This document shows positions 18,138 to 27,975 of a stretch of 64,000 nt of DNA, piece by piece (positions within the stretch are counted from its first letter, which is position 1; each line of letters opens with the position of its first letter). Location of the stretch: contig OW818634.1 of NCBI GenBank assembly GCA_942492765.1, positions 537,159-601,158 on the forward strand. Direction: 5' to 3'. Source of the DNA: an uncultured bacterium. GTDB taxonomy: Bacteria > Patescibacteriota > Patescibacteriia > Patescibacteriales > UBA12465. Below the pieces are notes generated by a model. The model was not told where the DNA came from. It searched no databases and saw nothing but the letters and a program-made list of their open reading frames with translations. A program made the position numbers and the translations under genes.

Positions 18138-18434
18138 ATGAATGAAGAGAAAAAAGTGCCTAATTTCTCCGATTTGCTACAAAGAGTAAAAAAGACTCCC
18201 AGCAATATTGTGGAGGAAAAAGAGCTTATCAGCGATTTAAAAAAGATCATAGAAATGATCAAAACTGACAATAAGCTCGAGATTATCGAAACAGTCATGG
18301 CTGAAGAACTCGAACACATGGAGTACACGGCCGTAGAAATGACCCTGCAATACAATTCTGACCTCCATGAATTTATAATCATGATTATCGAAGAGATGGA
18401 AAGAATGTTGTATGAGTTAGAAATAAAATCTTAA
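18138..18434 (+). CDS. Hypothetical acidic protein (98 aa), GC-poor
   Basis: A promoter lies upstream and a terminator immediately downstream on the + strand. Preferred over the overlapping minus-strand ORF 18113..18382. Confidence 0.55.
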   Translation: MNEEKKVPNFSDLLQRVKKTPSNIVEEKELISDLKKIIEMIKTDNKLEIIETVMAEELEHMEYTAVEMTLQYNSDLHEFIIMIIEEMERMLYELEIKS

Positions 18435-18443
18435 ACCGCCAAA

Positions 18444-18466
18444 CCCCTTGAATAGAGGGGTTTTTT
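18444..18466 (+). terminator. Intrinsic terminator for 18138..18434
   Basis: CCCCTtgaatagAGGGGtttttt. Confidence 0.7.
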
Positions 18467-18474
18467 ATTTAACC

Positions 18475-18504
18475 AAAACGCCTCCCGCAAAAGGAGGCGT
18501 TTTT
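18475..18504. terminator. Bidirectional intrinsic terminator (serves hppA on the minus strand)
   Basis: aaaACGCCTCCcgcaaaaGGAGGCGTtttt. Confidence 0.75.
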
Positions 18505-18525
18505 ATTCTAGCTAATTTATTTATC

Positions 18526-20523
18526 CTAGAGCAATAGACCGACAATAAGAAGAGCGACGATGTTCAAAACTTTGATCATCGGATTGATCGCCGGTCCGGC
18601 AGTATCCTTATAAGGATCACCGACGGTATCTCCAGTGACTGCCGCCTTGTGAGCATCAGAGCCCTTGCCGCCGAAATTACCAGCTTCAATATATTTCTTA
18701 GCATTATCCCAAGCGCCGCCGCCGGAAGTCATGGAGACTGCGACGAAGATGCCGGTAACGATAGAGCCGACTAATAATCCGCCCAAGGCCTCAAGCCCGT
18801 GGGAGCGGAAAGCGAAACCGACGATAATCGGAGCGACGACCGGAATAAGAGCCGGGATAATCATTTCCTTGATAGCAGCTTTAGTGACGATGTCGACGGT
18901 GCGTCCGTAGTCAGGTTTCTCAGTACCGCTCATGATGCCGGTCTTTTCCTTGAACTGAGCGCGAACATCTTCAACGACTGAACCGGCCGCGCGTCCGACC
19001 GCTTTCATGGCCATAGCGCCAAAGAGGTAAGGCAATAAGCCGCCGATGAACAGGCCGATGAGAACGTAAGGGTTATCGATCATAAACTGAGCGTTGCCGC
19101 CAGCGTCCTTGATCTTGTAGGTGAAGTCAGCGAATAAGACTAACGCGGCTAAAGCGGCCGAACCGATGGCGTAGCCCTTGGTAACCGCCTTAGTAGTGTT
19201 TCCGACAGCATCCAGAGGATCGGTGACGTTCCTAACATCCTCTCCTAGTTCCGCCATTTCCGCGATGCCGCCGGCATTATCAGTGATCGGACCATAAGCA
19301 TCGATCGTAACGATGATGCCTGCCATCGATAACATAGCCATAGCGGCAACGGCGATGCCGTATAAGCCAGCCAGGGAATAAGCGCCGAGGATAGCCAAAC
19401 AGATGACGACGACCGGCATGGCCGTTGATTTCATGGATACTGCTAACCCGGCGATAACGTTAGTGCCGCTGCCGGTACGAGATGCCTCCGCGATTCCTTT
19501 GACCGGACTGAAAGCAGTCGAAGTGTAATATTCAGTGATAACGACTAATAAGCCGGTAACGACTAAACCGATAAGCGCGGCTAAATAAATCTTAGTGCTC
19601 AGTCCGCCCGCAATCATATATTTGGTAACTGGGTAGAAAGCAATAGCGGATAAGACGCCAGCGGCGATCAAGCCTTTATACAATGCGCGCATGATATTCT
19701 GCTTCTTGCCCAAGCGGATAAAGAAGATGCCGATGATAGAAGCGATGATAGAGATGGCGCCGAGAACTAGCGGATACAGGACGATATTCTTATCGCCCGC
19801 GAACAATAAGCTGCCCAGAACCATAGCCGCGATTGAGGTAACCGCGTAAGTTTCAAATAAATCAGCCGCCATGCCCGCGCAATCGCCGACGTTATCGCCG
19901 ACATTATCAGCGATGACCGCCGGGTTGCGAGGATCATCTTCAGGAATATTAGCTTCGACTTTGCCGACGAGATCGGCGCCCACGTCCGCGGCTTTAGTAT
20001 AGATGCCGCCGCCTAAGCGAGCGAAGATAGAAATAAGGGATCCGCCAAAAGCGAAGCCGATGAGCGCATGCAAATCATTGGTTAAAAAATAGAATCCGGC
20101 TGTTCCTAATAAGGCCAAGCCGACGACGAGCAAACCGGTGACGCTGCCGCCTTTAACGGCGACATTCAGAGCCTTAGCTAAGCCTCCGCGAGCCGCTTCC
20201 GTCGTTCTGACGTTAGCGCGGACGCTGACATACATGCCGACGTAACCGGTCAAAGCTGATAAAGCCGCGCCAGCCAAGAAAGCTAAGGCGGTCATCCAAC
20301 CTAAAGCCGGGACGAAACCGATGACTAAGAACAGAACGGCCGCGACCATAGCAACGGCGCGATACTGGCGATTCAAGAAAGCCTTGGCGCCGGCCTGAAT
20401 AGCCGCCGCGATTTCTTTCATCTTATCGTTCCCTTCCGGCTTGCGCAGGATAGAAGCGATAACAATTCCTCCGTAGATGAGAGCGACGAGAGCGCTCCCG
20501 AGAATGAATAAGGTTGTTAGCAT
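18526..20523 (-). CDS. hppA: Membrane-bound proton/sodium-translocating pyrophosphatase
   Basis: Multi-TM protein of 665 aa with the signatures [32 protein letters not shown] and [13 protein letters not shown]. Confidence 0.95.
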   Translation of the reverse strand: MLTTLFILGSALVALIYGGIVIASILRKPEGNDKMKEIAAAIQAGAKAFLNRQYRAVAMVAAVLFLVIGFVPALGWMTALAFLAGAALSALTGYVGMYVSVRANVRTTEAARGGLAKALNVAVKGGSVTGLLVVGLALLGTAGFYFLTNDLHALIGFAFGGSLISIFARLGGGIYTKAADVGADLVGKVEANIPEDDPRNPAVIADNVGDNVGDCAGMAADLFETYAVTSIAAMVLGSLLFAGDKNIVLYPLVLGAISIIASIIGIFFIRLGKKQNIMRALYKGLIAAGVLSAIAFYPVTKYMIAGGLSTKIYLAALIGLVVTGLLVVITEYYTSTAFSPVKGIAEASRTGSGTNVIAGLAVSMKSTAMPVVVICLAILGAYSLAGLYGIAVAAMAMLSMAGIIVTIDAYGPITDNAGGIAEMAELGEDVRNVTDPLDAVGNTTKAVTKGYAIGSAALAALVLFADFTYKIKDAGGNAQFMIDNPYVLIGLFIGGLLPYLFGAMAMKAVGRAAGSVVEDVRAQFKEKTGIMSGTEKPDYGRTVDIVTKAAIKEMIIPALIPVVAPIIVGFAFRSHGLEALGGLLVGSIVTGIFVAVSMTSGGGAWDNAKKYIEAGNFGGKGSDAHKAAVTGDTVGDPYKDTAGPAINPMIKVLNIVALLIVGLLL

Positions 20524-20550
20524 AAACGTGTGTTTATTTATTTTTTATAA

Positions 20551-21951
20551 TTATTCTTTCTTAGTCTTCTTGACGGCTTTCTTGGCTTTAGCCTTCGGGG
20601 CAGCTTTCTCCTTAACGGCTTTAGTCGCCTTAGCCTCACCTTCTTCAGCCTCTTCGATAATATCTTGAACTTCAGCCTCGACTGCGCTAGCCTCCGATTC
20701 CTTGATGATCTCGTTAGCCTCAGCTAATTCCTCGGTATTCTCATCAACAGTTAAGACTTTCTTTTCGCCATCTTCAGTCGCCTCAATGATATCGATCTTC
20801 CAGCCGGTCAGACGAGCGGCTAAGCGGACGTTCTGTCCGGCCTTGCCGATCGCTAGCGATAATTTATCAGAGCTTACTTTAACGACAGCCTTATGCTCAA
20901 CCTGATCCAAATCGATAGAGATGACTTTGGCTGGAGCGAGCGCATTGGCGATGAACTTAGAATCGTCTTCGCTATATTCGATGATATCGATCTTCTCGCC
21001 GCCTAATTCGCTGATGATGGTCTGAACGCGAGAGCCGCGCTGGCCGACGCAGGAACCGACCGGGTCGACATTCTCTGCCTCTGTCCAGATAGCGACCTTA
21101 GAGCGGGAACCGGCTTCGCGGGCGACTGATTTTATCTCGACCAGTCCGTTAGCGACTTCAGGGATTTCCAGGTAGAAAATCTTGCGCAAGATCTCTTCGG
21201 AGCGGCGGGACAGAACAATTTCCGGCCCCTTATGGCCTTCTCTAACTTCTTTTATAAATACTTTGACGCGATCATTCGGATTATAGCGCTCGCCGTAGAT
21301 CTGTTCTTCGGCCGGCAAGACGCCGATCGCTTTGCCGAGATCAACGAAGACGAAGCGGCCTTCGCGGCGTTGAACAATACCGGAAACGACTTCCTTCTCT
21401 TTGCTTTTGAATTCGCCGAAGATAGTATCGCGCTCCATTTCTCTAAATTTCTGGATGATGACCTGCTTGGCGGTCTGAGCGGCCATGCGGCCGTAGCTTT
21501 CCGGAACCGGCAAATCGGTAATGATCTCATCGCCGATCTTAGCGTCATGCTTCAAGATGCCCGCCTCCTTGATTTGGATATCGGTCTTCGGGTTGAACTT
21601 CTTCTTACCATCTTCGGTCAAAGCCTCTTCGGTCTTGATCTCATGGCGGAAATCATTCCTAAAGTCGTTGCGGAACTCTTCCTTGCTCAATTCTTTCAAA
21701 TTCGGATTATACAGATTCTGAAGCATTTCCGCTTCTTCGGCCTCCGGCAGGTTATCGACGACCGTCTTCACGTCGAAAATTTCCGATGTACCGGTATTCG
21801 GATCGAATTTAACGCGGATGTTCTGGTTGCGCTCGCCGTAATCCTTGCGGTAAGCGGCGGCTAGAGCCAGCTCAACGGCCGAAATGACCGCTTTATAATC
21901 CAAGTTCTTTTCTTCGCATAGCTGCTTGATAGCGCTGCTTATTTCTGACAT
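20551..21951 (-). CDS. nusA: Transcription termination/antitermination factor NusA with Lys/Ala-rich tail
   Basis: NusA N-domain, S1 domain, two KH motifs (GSCVGQRGSRVQ; AIGKAGQNVRLA), and a C-terminal tail EGEAKATKAVKEKAAPKAKAKKAVKKTKKE. Confidence 0.93.
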   Translation of the reverse strand: MSEISSAIKQLCEEKNLDYKAVISAVELALAAAYRKDYGERNQNIRVKFDPNTGTSEIFDVKTVVDNLPEAEEAEMLQNLYNPNLKELSKEEFRNDFRNDFRHEIKTEEALTEDGKKKFNPKTDIQIKEAGILKHDAKIGDEIITDLPVPESYGRMAAQTAKQVIIQKFREMERDTIFGEFKSKEKEVVSGIVQRREGRFVFVDLGKAIGVLPAEEQIYGERYNPNDRVKVFIKEVREGHKGPEIVLSRRSEEILRKIFYLEIPEVANGLVEIKSVAREAGSRSKVAIWTEAENVDPVGSCVGQRGSRVQTIISELGGEKIDIIEYSEDDSKFIANALAPAKVISIDLDQVEHKAVVKVSSDKLSLAIGKAGQNVRLAARLTGWKIDIIEATEDGEKKVLTVDENTEELAEANEIIKESEASAVEAEVQDIIEEAEEGEAKATKAVKEKAAPKAKAKKAVKKTKKE

Positions 21952-22021
21952 ATATTAGAGGTTAAATTAAATTATTAAGAGAAAAAGCTAATTGTGGTAA
22001 ACAACTAGCTTTCTAATGACA

Positions 22022-22049
22022 ATAATACCACAAATCAAAATATTGTCAA
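22022..22049 (-). promoter_or_regulatory. Sigma70-type promoter for nusA
   Basis: The minus strand reads TTGACA (22049-22044), a 16-nt spacer, then TATTAT (22027-22022). Confidence 0.5.
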
Positions 22050-22065
22050 TCCGGATAAAATCCGA

Positions 22066-22503
22066 TTATGGGGTGTAGGGGGTATAGGTAGTATAGTCGA
22101 CGGCGCCGTTAGTCGCTCGACCCATCTGTCTGACGATAAACCTCGTAATCATCCAAGACATCAGGATGATAACTAGGCCGATAACCGCATTCTTAATCAG
22201 ACCGAGAGCCTTCTTAGTCTTTTCTTCATTGCCAGCGGCAGTCATATATTGGAAGCCGGCGACGATAGTCAGCACCACAAAAATCACTCCCAGAAAACCT
22301 AAAACGATATTGATTATCCGGGCGACCGTCGTGCGTATATCCTCGGGCGTATCGCTGCCATAGACATTCCCCGATTCTTTCAAGCCGATCTGGCTATCGA
22401 TCAAGCTCTGATCGGCGCTAGCCGGTAAAGAAGCGTGAACCATGACCAAACCGAAGACGGCTAAAAAAACAAAGGCTAGGACTTGTTTGCGAGCTATTTT
22501 CAT
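22066..22503 (-). CDS. TrbC/VirB2-like 'T4SS pilin' family membrane protein
   Basis: Signal peptide followed by the two-helix core IINIVLGFLGVIFVVLTIVAGFQYMTAAGNEEKTKKALGLIKNAVIGLVIILMSW. I recall this core as the hallmark of the pilin-like family that is abundant in CPR genomes. Confidence 0.7.
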   Translation of the reverse strand: MKIARKQVLAFVFLAVFGLVMVHASLPASADQSLIDSQIGLKESGNVYGSDTPEDIRTTVARIINIVLGFLGVIFVVLTIVAGFQYMTAAGNEEKTKKALGLIKNAVIGLVIILMSWMITRFIVRQMGRATNGAVDYTTYTPYTP

Positions 22504-22577
22504 AAAGGTATGGTAAATATGATATAATTAATCTAGACTTTAATATTATATAAAAATAACCCTTAAAAGACAAGAAA

Positions 22578-24053
22578 ATGAGCTTAGCGAAAAAAGTTGC
22601 CCATAACACCATAATCCAGATCGCCGGCAAAGCCGTTTCTACGGTCCTGGGACTTTTAGCTTTGGCTTTCATCACGCGCTATCTCGGCCGGAGCGGTTTC
22701 GGCGAATACACGACTGCCTTGACCTTCCTGACTTTCTTCGCAGTCATTGCCGACTTCGGCCTGACGCTCGTAACCGTCCAGATGATCAGCCTCCGCGGCG
22801 CCGATGAGAATAAGATACTTAATAATATTTTTGGCCTGCGCCTCGTTTCTATCATAGCAGTGCTCTTACTGTCACCCTTGGCAGTCACTTTCTTCCCTTA
22901 TAGCGCGGCTGTCAAAACCGGGATACTGATCGCTCTCGCTTCTTTTATCTTTCCGGCCCTGAACCAGGTCTTGATTGGACTTTTCCAAAAAAGACTGAGT
23001 ATGGGCCGCGATGCGATTGCTGAAGTGCTCAGCCGCGTAGTTCTCATCATCGGCATTGTCTTATCTAAGAAGCTCGGCTACGGTTTGAACGGAATCTTAT
23101 GGGCAACAGTCGCCTCGGCGGCCGCCAGCTTTATCGGCCATTATCTTTTAGCCCTGAAGTTCGCTTTCATCAGACCGGAATTCGACCGAGCGGTTTGGAA
23201 AATGATCTTCTCGAAAGCCTGGCCCTTCGCTATCACGATAGTCCTTAATCTTATTTATCTGCGCGCCGATACTCTCTTCCTGTCATTATTCCGAGGCGTC
23301 GACGAGGTCGGCTTGTATGGCGCGACCTACAAGATCATCGACGTGCTGACGACGATCCCTTTCATGTTCGCCGGCTTAGTCTTGCCGATACTCACGGCCG
23401 CTTGGCTGGACAGCAGTCATGACTATTTCAAGCGCGTGCTTCAGAAATCTTTCGATCTCATGGCGCTGATCACAATTCCTCTGATCGTCGGCGCTCAATT
23501 TTTAGGCCGCCCGATCATGACGTCAGTCGCCGGCCCAGAATTTGCTGCTTCTGGCTTGATCCTGCAGATATTGATCTTCGCGGTCGCCGCCATCTTCTTA
23601 GGCACGATGTTCTCTCATGCTGTCATCGCGCTTGATAAGCAGAAAAAGATGATCGGATATTATATCTTTACGAGCGTAACGGCCCTAATCGCTTATCTTG
23701 TCCTGATTCCCAGATATTCCTATTTCGGAGCCGCAGCCGTAACTATATATAGTGAAACCCTCATCGCAATTTTTGCCGCTATTTGCGTATTTAAGTATAG
23801 CCGCTTCCGCCCGCATCTCGGATTAAGCTTGAAATCTCTAGCCAGCGCGGCTATCATGGGGCTTGGTCTTTACTGGCTGGCGCCGCTAAGCCAATCCGGA
23901 ACCAGGGGCTTGATAATTTCCCTCTTGGCCGCTATCATTATCTATTTCCTCTCCCTTTTCCTCATGGGCGGGATTAAGCGCGCCGACCTAGAAACTATCT
24001 TCAGCCGCCAGAAAAAAAGCGGCGGACCGACTTATAATAATACTAACTTTTAA
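22578..24053 (+). CDS. MOP-superfamily (Wzx/MurJ-like) oligosaccharide/lipid-linked glycan flippase
   Basis: 491 aa with about 12-14 TM helices. The N-terminal KVAHNTIIQIAGKAVSTVLGLLALAFITRYLG pattern is typical of polysaccharide flippases. Confidence 0.75.
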   Translation: MSLAKKVAHNTIIQIAGKAVSTVLGLLALAFITRYLGRSGFGEYTTALTFLTFFAVIADFGLTLVTVQMISLRGADENKILNNIFGLRLVSIIAVLLLSPLAVTFFPYSAAVKTGILIALASFIFPALNQVLIGLFQKRLSMGRDAIAEVLSRVVLIIGIVLSKKLGYGLNGILWATVASAAASFIGHYLLALKFAFIRPEFDRAVWKMIFSKAWPFAITIVLNLIYLRADTLFLSLFRGVDEVGLYGATYKIIDVLTTIPFMFAGLVLPILTAAWLDSSHDYFKRVLQKSFDLMALITIPLIVGAQFLGRPIMTSVAGPEFAASGLILQILIFAVAAIFLGTMFSHAVIALDKQKKMIGYYIFTSVTALIAYLVLIPRYSYFGAAAVTIYSETLIAIFAAICVFKYSRFRPHLGLSLKSLASAAIMGLGLYWLAPLSQSGTRGLIISLLAAIIIYFLSLFLMGGIKRADLETIFSRQKKSGGPTYNNTNF

Positions 24054-24056
24054 GAT

Positions 24057-24845
<789 letters not shown>

Positions 24846-24938
24846 GGATTATTCCGCGTCCGCTTTGACGGCCAGGCCTATTTTTACTATAATAGAATAA
24901 TAATAAACGATAATAATAAATAATAATCATAAAAAATT

Positions 24939-25958
24939 ATGAAAAAAATCATAAGAAAAATCTTCTCCAAAGAAGTTTTCATGAGGATAGTCCTGCCAAT
25001 CATTCTCGTTATAGTCTTAATCGTCATCGGCTTCTTCTCTTTCCGCAAGCCAGGCTCTAAGAACCTGAAACCGGCGGAGGCGCAAGCGAAGGCCGAGACC
25101 TTCATCAATACCTACTTGATGCAGAGCGGCAGCAAGGCGACCATCAAGGAAGTCACTACTGAATATGGTCTTTATAAGTTAAAGATCGATATCGTCAGCG
25201 ACGTCATCGAATCCTATATCACTAAGGATGGGAAATTATTCTTTCCGCAAGCTTTGAATATCGAAGAAACCGCTAAGCAAGCTGCCGCTGCTGGCAATAA
25301 CGCCGCTGGCGCTAATTCCGCTCCGGCCGCGACCGTTTCCGTCAAGAGCGACAAGCCGACCGTCGAATTATTCGTCATGAGCTATTGCCCTTACGGCACC
25401 CAGATCGAAAAAGGCATGCTGCCGGTCTTAGCCGCTTTAGGCAATAAGATCGACTTCAAATTGCAATTCTGCAGCTATGCGATGCACGGGGAGAAGGAGT
25501 TGAAAGAAAACCTGGCTCAATACTGCATCCAGAAAGAACAGGGCAGCAAATTGAATTCTTATCTGACTTGTTTCTTGGAATCCAGCGTCTCTGATGCCTG
25601 CCTTGATTCCGCTAAGATCGATAAGGCTAAGCTCGCTTCTTGCGTCTCTAAGACCGATAAGAGCTTCAAGGTAACCAGCAACTTCACCAATAAGGTTGGC
25701 TATCAGGGCAATTACCCGGGCTTTGACGTCGATAAGGCTGCCAATGATAAATACAATGTTGGCGGTTCCCCGACCCTGATCATCAACGGCCAGGAAATCT
25801 CCAGCGCCCGCGATTCTGCTTCCTTACTGAAGACTATCTGCAGCGCCTTCAATAATCAGCCGAAAGAATGCGAGGCGGCTCTTTCCAGCGCTTCTCCGGC
25901 CCCTGGCTTCGGCTCGGGCACAGCCTCTGCCGGTTCAGCATCCGCTGATTGCCAATAA
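24939..25958 (+). CDS. Membrane-anchored DsbA-like thiol:disulfide oxidoreductase
   Basis: N-terminal TM anchor, Ala-rich linker, thioredoxin-fold region with active-site CPYG (VMSYCPYGTQ) and cis-Pro region GGSPTLIING. Confidence 0.7.
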   Translation: MKKIIRKIFSKEVFMRIVLPIILVIVLIVIGFFSFRKPGSKNLKPAEAQAKAETFINTYLMQSGSKATIKEVTTEYGLYKLKIDIVSDVIESYITKDGKLFFPQALNIEETAKQAAAAGNNAAGANSAPAATVSVKSDKPTVELFVMSYCPYGTQIEKGMLPVLAALGNKIDFKLQFCSYAMHGEKELKENLAQYCIQKEQGSKLNSYLTCFLESSVSDACLDSAKIDKAKLASCVSKTDKSFKVTSNFTNKVGYQGNYPGFDVDKAANDKYNVGGSPTLIINGQEISSARDSASLLKTICSAFNNQPKECEAALSSASPAPGFGSGTASAGSASADCQ

Positions 25959-25976
25959 TTATTCTGACAAAGTTAC

Positions 25977-26007
25977 AAAAAGACGGGATTAAGTCCCGTC
26001 TTTTTTT
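25977..26007. terminator. Bidirectional intrinsic terminator between convergent genes
   Basis: aaaaAGACGGGAttaagTCCCGTCTttttttt. Confidence 0.8.
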
Positions 26008-26028
26008 ATTCCCCTATCTTATCAATTC

Positions 26029-27255
26029 TTAACTGCGCCATTTCGCCGCCGCCAAAATCTTTCTAATCGCTAAGATATAAGCCGCCTGGCGCAAAGTTAT
26101 TTTCTTCTCTTTCTCCAAATATTTTCCATAGACTCTCTGCCAGTTCGCTTTCATCTTCTTCTCCAATAATCCGCGCAGATACTCTTCGTCCAAGATGCTG
26201 CCCGTCTTATTCTGCGCCCATTCGAAATAGCTGACAATAACGCCGCCAGAGTTCGCTAAGATATCCGGCACGATAATCTTGCCGGCGTCTTTCAGTATCT
26301 GATCAGCTTCATAGCTGATCGGGCCGTTAGCGAGCTCGACTAGATAATCCGCTTTGACACGTGCGGCATTATCCTTAGTGATCTGATTCTCAAGCGCTGC
26401 CAAAACCAAGATATCGGCTTTCAATTCTAGAAGTTCGGCATTAGTCATCTTACTGCCGTTAGCATGGGTTCCGACTGGCTGGCCGCTATTCTTAAGCTTA
26501 ATGAGTTCCGGGATATTCAAGCCTTTCTCGTTATAGATAGCGCCCTGGCTGTCAGAAACAGCGATGATCTTATAGCCGTCATTAAATAATTTTTCAGTCA
26601 TGAATAAGCCAGCGTTGCCGAAGCCCTGGATAGCGATTTCAACTTGGCCATTGGCGCGCCCCTTCAAGAATTCGCCAGCCATTTCCTTGACGACTAGGTA
26701 TCCGCCTTGAGCGGTTGCGTCGCCTCTTAAGGCCAGACCGCCGATCTCTAAAGGTTTTCCCGTAATCATGCCTGGCTCATGGTGGCCGTTTATCTTCTCA
26801 AATTCATCCAGCATCCAAGCCATGATCTGCCCGTTAGTATAGACATCTGGAGCAGGCACATCTTTATTTTCGCCCAGATATTCGTGGAATGATTGGACAT
26901 AAGCGCGGCTGATCGCCTGTAGCTCTTCTGGGCTAGCTTCCTTCGGATTGAATCTGACTCCGCCCTTCGCCCCGCCATAAGGAATATCGGCCAATGAATT
27001 CTTCAGAGCCATCCAGAAAGCCAAGGATTTCACTTCGTCTTCATTGACGTCGGGATGGAATCTGATTCCGCCCTTGCCTGGACCGATAGCGCGATTATAG
27101 ACCATGCGCCAAGCCGGATATTTCTTGCCATTAACGTCTAATTCCGTATATTTTGTCTGCACCGGCTGGCTAAGCGGCGCCATCTCCGCTTCGCTCAGAC
27201 CCTCCAATTCTCTGATGTCAGCTAAACGTCTGTTATTATCTTCAAAAATACTCAT
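26029..27255 (-). CDS. gdhA: Glutamate dehydrogenase (Glu/Leu/Phe/Val dehydrogenase family)
   Basis: GPGKGGIRFHP and catalytic-Lys region YGGAKGGV, with Rossmann motif IQGFGNAG. Confidence 0.9.
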   Translation of the reverse strand: MSIFEDNNRRLADIRELEGLSEAEMAPLSQPVQTKYTELDVNGKKYPAWRMVYNRAIGPGKGGIRFHPDVNEDEVKSLAFWMALKNSLADIPYGGAKGGVRFNPKEASPEELQAISRAYVQSFHEYLGENKDVPAPDVYTNGQIMAWMLDEFEKINGHHEPGMITGKPLEIGGLALRGDATAQGGYLVVKEMAGEFLKGRANGQVEIAIQGFGNAGLFMTEKLFNDGYKIIAVSDSQGAIYNEKGLNIPELIKLKNSGQPVGTHANGSKMTNAELLELKADILVLAALENQITKDNAARVKADYLVELANGPISYEADQILKDAGKIIVPDILANSGGVIVSYFEWAQNKTGSILDEEYLRGLLEKKMKANWQRVYGKYLEKEKKITLRQAAYILAIRKILAAAKWRS

Positions 27256-27296
27256 ATGGTTAAAAACTGGCGCCCGAAAAGAGCGCCAAGTCTTGT

Positions 27297-27626
27297 TTAT
27301 AATAAATTTTCAATCTCTTTCTTCAACGACTCCTTGTTTCTAAGGCCGATGAACTCGCCGATCATCTTTCCGCCCTTGAACAATTTCATATTCGGAATGC
27401 TTTGGATCTGATATTCCATGGCCAAAGACTGATTTTCCGCTTCTTCCGTGTTGACCTTAGCGATTTTCAATTTCCCTTCCATGTCCTTCGATAACTCGTC
27501 CAATATCGGAGCCATCATCTTGCAGGGCATGCACCAAGGGGCCCAAAAATCCACTAAGACCGGCACCGGGCTGCTGAGAACCTCGGCGGCAAAATTGCCT
27601 TTTGTCAAATTAAGAACGTTAGACAT
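27297..27626 (-). CDS. trxA: Thioredoxin (active site WCMPC)
   Basis: VLVDFWAPWCMPCKMMAPILDEL. 109 aa. Confidence 0.92.
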   Translation of the reverse strand: MSNVLNLTKGNFAAEVLSSPVPVLVDFWAPWCMPCKMMAPILDELSKDMEGKLKIAKVNTEEAENQSLAMEYQIQSIPNMKLFKGGKMIGEFIGLRNKESLKKEIENLL

Positions 27627-27647
27627 ATTTTTGTTTTTAGTTATATA

Positions 27648-27890
27648 TTACTTATTTATTATTTCTTTAAAGATTTTCTCCATCTTATCTTTATTATACC
27701 CCTTAGAATTCAACAGGCAATGGTCGAACTCTTCTCCGACCAGCTTCTCCATCAGCGAAGAGATAGCCGAGCGGGCCGCCTTGAGCTGGATGACCAGCGC
27801 GAAACAATCCCGATCATTATCAGCCAGCATCTTCTTGGCGCCATTGAGCTGCCCGATGATATTGTTCAACCTGCTTACTGGAGTTTTCAT
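27648..27890 (-). CDS. CsoR/RcnR/FrmR-family (DUF156) metal- or thiol-sensing transcriptional repressor
   Basis: RLNNIIGQLNGAKKMLADNDRDCFALVIQLKAARSAISSLMEKLVGEEFDHCL matches the family helix pattern. Start moved to the ATG at 27890 because the GTG extension contains the promoter -10. Confidence 0.8.
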   Translation of the reverse strand: MKTPVSRLNNIIGQLNGAKKMLADNDRDCFALVIQLKAARSAISSLMEKLVGEEFDHCLLNSKGYNKDKMEKIFKEIINK

Positions 27891-27920
27891 AACTGCTATT
27901 GAATCAGATTTATGTGTTTC

Positions 27921-27948
27921 ATTATACCACACCCCCTGGGGGTGTCAA
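27921..27948 (-). promoter_or_regulatory. Consensus sigma70 promoter with embedded 17-bp palindromic operator
   Basis: The minus strand reads TTGACA (27948-27943), a 16-nt spacer, then TATAAT (27926-27921). The spacer and -35 contain the perfect palindrome ACACCCCC-A-GGGGGTGT (27929-27945). Confidence 0.7.
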
Positions 27949-27975
27949 GAATATCCGCCGATATCCTGAAATTAG

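Noticed and set aside
18113-18382. 89-aa minus-strand ORF overlapping 18138..18434
   Set aside because: The plus-strand ORF has a matching promoter (18068-18096) and terminator (18444-18466). The minus-strand product is Ser/Ile/Phe-rich and low-complexity, with no signals.
21232-21864. Long antisense ORFs (21232..21864, 4462..4965, 41863..42402, 30773..31264, 11920..12402, 16915..17352 and others)
   Set aside because: Each lies opposite a confidently identified gene (nusA, ftsH, histidine kinase, folD, PEBP, tig). Their products are compositionally odd (Arg/Ser/Leu-rich), which is the typical shadow-ORF pattern.
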